Source: the human T2T-CHM13v2.0 reference genome, Homo sapiens. From it: a stretch of DNA of 64,000 nt. This document shows, piece after piece, positions 57,360 to 64,000 of this stretch. The notes beneath the pieces were generated by a model. That model had not been told where the DNA came from and searched no databases. It saw only the letters and a program-made list of their open reading frames with translations. The stretch lies in NCBI RefSeq assembly GCF_009914755.1, contig NC_060925.1; one strand, written 5' to 3'. The position numbers and the translations under genes were made by a program. How positions within the stretch are numbered: the first letter of the stretch is position 1; every line of letters begins with the position of its first letter.

Positions 57360-60300
57360 CTATGAAAACTGCTCATTACAAAAAAAAAAAAAGCCATGTA
57401 CTTTGAAAGCACTGCTCTTCTTCCTTTCTTCCTCTTCCCATACTACCAGATCTCCTTAAGCTTCTGCCATGAGGCTCCACCTTTGAGAGAGTCATGGTGG
57501 TTATCTCCTGAGGAAACTTCTGCTTCTTAAATCATCTAAAATGTCTTGCTATTTTTATTAACAAACATTTCAACTTAAGTTTCACTTTTTCAGAGAGGCT
57601 GTTTCTTACCACCCATTGATCACCTGGTTGCCCAAAACAGAAACCTGAGATTTACCATCCCTGTCCTTCACTTACAGGTTTTGACAAAGAAAGTGGAATG
57701 TGAAGGGTACAAAGGTGTGAGTGGTCATGGTATGTCCTAGAAACAAGCACTTGAGTAAAGAATGTATGAGATAATTTGGGGTGGATTGAAATCTTGTAAG
57801 TTGTAATACAGCCTCTTATTTAGTGCATTTGACTTGTCTTATTCATGTCACAGTCGTTTATTTTATGTGTACTTCTCATCACTTCTCTCCTCTGTCTAAA
57901 ACCCTTCAAAAATATGCTCACAGCAACAAGAATAAAATCCAAAGCGTTCATATACTTTAAAATATTCTATAATTTCTGCATTTTCTAAACAGCCCTGAAC
58001 ACAACTGGCTTGCACATTGGCTTCCTGAACTCTCCAACTGTCTGCAATGCTCCTTTTTTCCTTGTCACAAAGCAGACTTTCACTCATCTTTTCAGCTCCC
58101 AATCAAATGTTGCCTCCTGCACAAAGCCCACCTGTAGGCAGCTTTCCACCTCCATAGTGATAGTTAGAATCCTTCATTAACTGTAAGCAGCTCCCTGTAA
58201 TGTAACCTTTACTGCTCCTATTTTGCTGCCATGTGAGGGAGAGTAATTACATTATTACCGTCCCAAAACCGACTAAGTAGGATTTATCTCTGCATCCTTA
58301 GTGCTGGATCCAGTACTTGATACTTCAAGAGTGGCTAGATGTATTTATTGAAAGAAATTATAATGATAAAAAGGATATTAGCGAAATCACAAAATGAAAA
58401 CACAAAAACTCAGGGAATAGTAACATGAGGAGCTCAGCAAAAACCTTCTTTTGAACAGACATCTTTTCAACTCATCAGAATTATCGAAGCAATCATTTAA
58501 AGTCTCTGGAAATTGACTGAAAGGCTTGTAACACCTACCACTCTACCACCATCACCTACCTAGTTGTGCACCTACCCCAATATCTGCATTTTTTTTTACA
58601 TGTTAGTTGCTCTCTTGAGACCCTGAGCTTCTTAAAGGTAAAGGCTTTATCTGGCTTAGACAAAATATAAATGCCTTATCAATACTCAGCATTTATATTT
58701 TGAGTGAAAATATGACAACATTTTCCATTGAAAAAAAGATATGTTTTTAAAACAGGAAATAACACCATAATACAAACTAAAATATTGAAGGTATTTGCAA
58801 AGTTCTATGAAAGAAGAGATGAAAAAGCAATCAATCTTGTTTGGATGGAGTAGAAGAGAAGAGAGTAGAGTAGCCAATGATGATGATTATGATGATGGTG
58901 GTGGCCCCTACCATTATCACCACTGATGGAGCCTAGCCTCTTCAAATACATTTTCTATCATTCTCTCCTCTAGTCCCACCTCTCTATCTCACAGCACTCC
59001 TTATCACTTCTCAAACAGTTCAGGATTTGACATAAGCTTTTGTGTTGTTTTATGATAATTTTGATTAAGATATATTTATATGTGTATTCATGTAGACATA
59101 TACTGTTGCAATACAAAACCTCTTACTGTAATTTTTTGTCAAAACAGTTTTGCAAAACTCTATTCCAGAACAATAGATTCTTACCTTTGGTAGATCAGAG
59201 ACTTCTTTGAAAATCTGGTGAAAAAAAACATTTGCAATATTTTGCACACAATTTCAGAGAGTTTACAAACCTACTGAAACTCATTCAAGAACCCCCTAGG
59301 GACCTAGGAACTTCAGCTTCAGAATCACCCCGAAGGCACAAAATGTGCTGATTATCACTGAGGCATTGATTTCACCTATTAACATACACAGTTCCACCAA
59401 ATGAGAGAAAAGGGCACCCACTATACCTGGGGCCCTCGACCTCCAGCAGTCTGTTGGAGGGAGAGAAGATCACAAGTGACCAAAAATGTGCCTCAGGCCT
59501 GCTTCTGTGGTTACAAAAATATATATAGCAAAAGTATAAGACAGAAAATGGAAAGAGTTTACCTCGGGCTGAACTAATAATGAGTCACTTATTCCTGAAA
59601 TATAGTAGTGTATGAAATAGATACTACTATACCTGGGCTTTGGGAAAGTACCTTGTAGCTCTGTCTCACAGTGGATATACATGACAATTTTCTTAATTAC
59701 ACATGTAACTACTCACCAGGAAAAAGTGTAAGATATGAGCAGAGAAGAACAATTCAGAAGAAAAATTCTACTAGGAAACACAAAAATAAACTTTAAGCCG
59801 CTTATCCCACTACCTCTCACCCACCCAGAAAAAGGGAAAATCAGTACTTGGAGTTTTAAATGATTGAAAATTGTGGTCCACGCTTAGAGAAGAACAACCA
59901 AATCCACTTACCCAAAATAAGCCACCACTAATCAACAGTTACCATGCAGCCACTGTGGAATTAATAATTCCTAAAAGCCTTCAAGGAACAAGAAGATAAA
60001 TGTTTAAGAAGAGGAAATCCAGATGAAGGCACCATTCTTTGAGAAGAGCCACCCATCTGTTCTCTTTCTTCTCAGCTTCTGGGGCTGCAGCAATAATGTG
60101 GTTTTAAAAAGTCTTTGTTTCCTCCCACAGAAGTAAAGGGTACTTCACCTAAACACACACTATTTAAGTGGCCAGTGGGGACAAATTCATGGAAAGAAGG
60201 ACCTCTCTTTGCTAAACTATTTATTTTTCAATCAGCACATGGTAAGGAAAGCCTTTTTGAAATGTCAATTAAGGGTCATAAAGCTGAAATCACGGAGCTG

Positions 60301-60685
60301 CAGAAAGTCTCAGGTGGTCCCTGGGATTCTTTAACTGAAGTCACTGCTGCCATTATCATCAGTAGTTCTGCTCCACTCAAAGACAAAAGTCAAGCACCAA
60401 ATGGCCAGGTAAAGTGGGAGCTAGGAGGATTTTCAATCAACTCGCTCACACATAAAAATAAGTCATCAAAATGCTCCTGGAGTGCCACTCGCCTCTGCAG
60501 TAATGTGCACCCTGAGCAGAAATCCTAGATTCTGCCTTCTTTCTAGAAGTAGAAAAGCAGTCTAAGTGTTTGAACCAATTCACAACAGAACTTTCTATTT
60601 GGTCTTCTTATGAGATGTAAAATGTTTATGAGCAGGAAAAACATTGCCCTGGACTAAAGGTCTCCTGATGAAATGAGTCAATCTG

Positions 60686-61714
60686 TTAAGAAATATTTCT
60701 GTCCACAGCTCTGTACATGGTATCCTTGGCCTCCATGTACCTCAGAGTGTAAACAACAGTGTCCAGAGGCAGAATGAATGATGATAATGTAGGTCTCTTA
60801 TAGAAGACCTGTTTTCTATTGAATTCATTGGCTTGTGCTTGAGGTAAGCAGTACAAGCACAGACATATAGACAATGACCATGATGAGGTGGGGGTTGGGG
60901 GACACAGGTGGCAAAGACCTCAGATTAGGAAATTCTAAGCACGATGGAGGTAACAGGGATGTCAATATAGGAAATGCAAACCAAACCCATGGACACCTGC
61001 ACACATGTGTGGTGAATAAAATACTGTTTATTTCATAGATAGTATTGTCAATGCAGGAGAGTTTCATGACAAGAAGGGTGTCAAACAAGAAGCAGTCTAA
61101 ATAGCATATGTGCTCCTTTTGTACCTCTGTGACACTGTGGTTATTTAGACCACTGTCATGATCAGGCCAATGCAAAAGGCACCACACGCCAGCTGGGCAC
61201 ATGCCCTCTTATTCACAAAGACTGTGCACTCCAGGAATTCCCAGACAAATACACAGCAGTCAATGGTGGTCAAGATGGCAAAGATCATTATTTGTAATTC
61301 AAAAGATAAATGCTTGAGGGGATGAATACCCCATTCTCTATGATATGCTTATTTCACAGTGCATGCCCATAAATATATACACCTACTACATACTCATAAA
61401 AATTGTTTTAAATCTTAAATAAATTTTTTTAAAAAAGAAAGAAAGAACCCAGAAATTAAAAAAAAAATGACAAAGACCAAGAAAATCTCCTGGTTCTGAG
61501 CTATGAGACTAGAAAGTATTGTAGAATAAGGATGAGTGTATAAAGTCACTGAACTAACCAACACTCTCAGGAAAACATACATGACCAATGTGGGTGAGAC
61601 TCAAGATGATGGCATTCCCTGCTGAAGTTAAGATGTGGATGACATCATTCACAGAAGCTGGAGACAACCAGCAAGGTGAACTTTGTCAGCTTCTGTGAGG
61701 TTCTTTCTTTGTAT
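60686..61714 (-). pseudogene. OR10AE1P: Degenerate OR10J5-like olfactory receptor pseudogene (probably OR10AE1P)
   Basis: The start has decayed to ATA (ATA CAA AGA AAG AAC CTC ACA GAA = xQRKNLTE, compare OR10J5 MKRKNFTE). Remnants include GNAIIL, MYVFL, CFLFDTLLVMKLSCIDNTIYEIN and C-terminal VVYTLRYMEAKDTMYRAVDRNIS*. Many frameshifts, deletions and an L1 insertion. The symbol comes from recalled locus order, not a search. Confidence 0.8.
61300..61470 (+). mobile_element. L1MA-type 3'-end fragment inserted in the OR pseudogene
   Basis: AAAGATAAATGCTTGAGGGGATGAATACCCCATT...CCCATAAATATATACACCTACTA plus an A-rich tail. Confidence 0.75.
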
Positions 61715-62779
61715 TTTGAAGTTTTAGGGATAACAATAAAATAGATCAGCATAAGAAAACTCTTGTGCTGCCATGTTTCTGTCATGAGCAGAAACATGGC
61801 ATAGTTGACAAGATGACAAGAGTAGCGCAAGACAGCTCTAGCCAAGACCTCTTGTAGCTGCACGAGCAAGGAATCTGCTTCTGCATCTTCAGTGCATGTA
61901 TTCTCTATCACTGTGGACTGGAAAATATATTCCTAGACACAGAGAAGGGAACTTTTAAACATACTCAAGATACAGAGTTACACTGAGTCCCTGCTGTTAC
62001 ATTTTTCTTCTTTGCACATCTCCTCCCAGAAGACTCAGGTATTATGAAGGGATTGTGAACAGCATGAAGATGGTTGTGGCCAGTGGGAGTCTGAATGGTA
62101 AATTTTATTTAAAAATTTATATTTAAAAAATGAATAAACATTAATCTCAGCAATGAAATCTATATTTTATAAAACTATAAAGATGGGTTGTTCAAAAAGA
62201 AGTGTAAGAGTGAAGGGATGTCAAGAAAGATAAAGACTAAGATACAGATATGGTGACATTCCAGAGAGCAGTTTCAGGTGAATTCTGAACTTAAAAGTGA
62301 GATTTCAGTGAGGTAATATGGTCGAGGTGTCTCACTAAACCTAAAAGTAGAAGATAAAAAAAAACTTAGCAGAGATTTTCTTTTATAAATGAACCCTGAA
62401 ATTAGGAACAGAGAAATGAGATCAAGAAAAGACTCTTGTGTATCAGCATGACCTGGAAAGTGACTGACAAATTTGTGAAGCTGCCAGAATTGTGAAGGGG
62501 AGTTAGGAGTTCACAGCAGCCTGAGCCTGGCATTTAGAGTCTGAAAGAGCTACTTTGGTAGAAAGGTCAGTCATAATCTCAGGTGGACACTGATTTTTCT
62601 CTGTTGTTGGCTGAAATGTTATTAGGTAGGCAACAAAGACATGATAGCCACTCTGTCAAGAAGAGACAATCTATAAACTGTGTGGGAAATATGCATTGAA
62701 TCCCAAGTCTCCTGTGGAGAATCTTGTTTCTCTCCTTTTGTTCTTTGTCAGAATTACTGAACCTTAGGAAACAAACTCC

Positions 62780-63400
62780 CTTCCTCTTTCTCCCTCCATC
62801 ATTCCCTGAAACTTGGCTTCTGACATGCTCACTTTATGAAAATTACTCTTTCAAAGGTTACGACTGAAGTTTTTATTGCTAAATCCAGCGTGCATTCAAC
62901 TTAGATCTCTCTGATGCATTTAATACCACTGGATACTGCTTCCTGGACACTTACACTGACTTGGTTTCCATGACACCACACGCTATCCTCTCTGCCAAAC
63001 ATAATTTTTTGTCTCCCACCTCCCTCCCCACCTGCCATTCTTATCTTGCCTCTAACACCATGAATGTGAATGTTTCCTCAAGTCAGTGGTTGGCTCCCTG
63101 ACCTTTCCTCTCTTCTCTTTTCCACTGAAAGACAAAATTCATTTTTGTTTCATTATCATTTATATGTTGATTTCTCTGAAACCTGTATTTCTAATTCCAA
63201 GTGGCCGTCACATATTACAAATTCTCCAAGACCTTTCTTACACATAAGTCATACTATCATTTCAAATTTAGCATTTGAGGAACCAAGTTTACCACCTACC
63301 CTCCACCTCCTCCAAGTGAACATCCTCTCAATTGTCCTATCTGTACTGGCAGCACCATATTTTTTTTCCACATGATTTGCAGTAAGAAATATGGTTCCAT
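62780..63400 (+). mobile_element. L2 fragment upstream of the OR pseudogene
   Basis: TTATTGCTAAATCCAG...GCATTTAATACCACTGG...CTTGGTTTCCATGACACCACAC, L2-like. Confidence 0.65.
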
Positions 63401-64000
63401 ATTCTATATATATATTTTTAATTCTCATCTTTGTCCTTTTTTGCACTTACAATAAGACCCTGCCATCAGTCTAAGTTGTGTATCTTTGGTTTTATCCAAC
63501 CACATATCAGAGTGATAATCAGTTACTCTTGATGCATGCCTCCATTGCCTCTTTCCATCTAAATGCTCTCAAATTCCCTTACAACTGACAGAACACACAG
63601 CAAATAATTCTTTACTGAACACAAATCTTGTTCTACTCAGTCTCTTCCTATCCAGTCTTTCCCATTGGTTACTGTGACTTAATGTCTTCTACAAACACCT
63701 GAGGTCTCAGAAACCATCTTTAGGTTATTCTTTAATCCCTCAGGTGATCTCCAGTTATATCTCATACTTCTGCTTTTTTGAAGCTCCGAGTCAGATCCTC
63801 TTTCTGCTACTGCTGATGCCTTCTTCCACTATGCTCTCTGAGGGTAAACTTTGTTGCATGCCAATTAATGTAGCCAAGACAACTCTGTTTGTGGCACACA
63901 GGTGGACCTGTTTCTCTTCAGCATACTGTATCTTTTCTTCCCCCAGCCTCAACTCTTCCATAGCCATCCAGACAGGAGCCGCCACCTTGACCTGAACTTT

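Overview
Primate, almost certainly human, genomic DNA. It carries human-specific AluYa5 and L1HS pre-Ta insertions, and the gene content matches the 1q23.2 olfactory-receptor/pentraxin cluster near APCS/CRP (from recall). Most of the window is transposon-derived: nested LINE-1s of many ages (two full-length L1PA copies, one twin-primed inverted L1), Alus, MaLR LTRs, L2/MIR and DNA-transposon fossils. The genes are one intact single-exon olfactory receptor (OR10J5, minus strand, with Trp at residue 233 where the OR consensus has Arg), a two-exon serum amyloid P (APCS)-like pentraxin pseudogene with its promoter (plus strand), and a decayed OR10J5-like pseudogene (probably OR10AE1P, minus strand). 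The main non-obvious structure is collinear coding and non-coding homology between ~9.6-16.4 kb and ~58.3-63.0 kb. This points to an ancient tandem duplication of an OR + pentraxin head-to-head module, probably followed by reciprocal gene loss. Other signals are an L1 antisense promoter with an open, extended ORF0 aimed at OR10J5, two apparent L1 3' transductions, and an L1 ORF2 broken by a single frameshift. All of this was read by eye; nothing was computed or searched.
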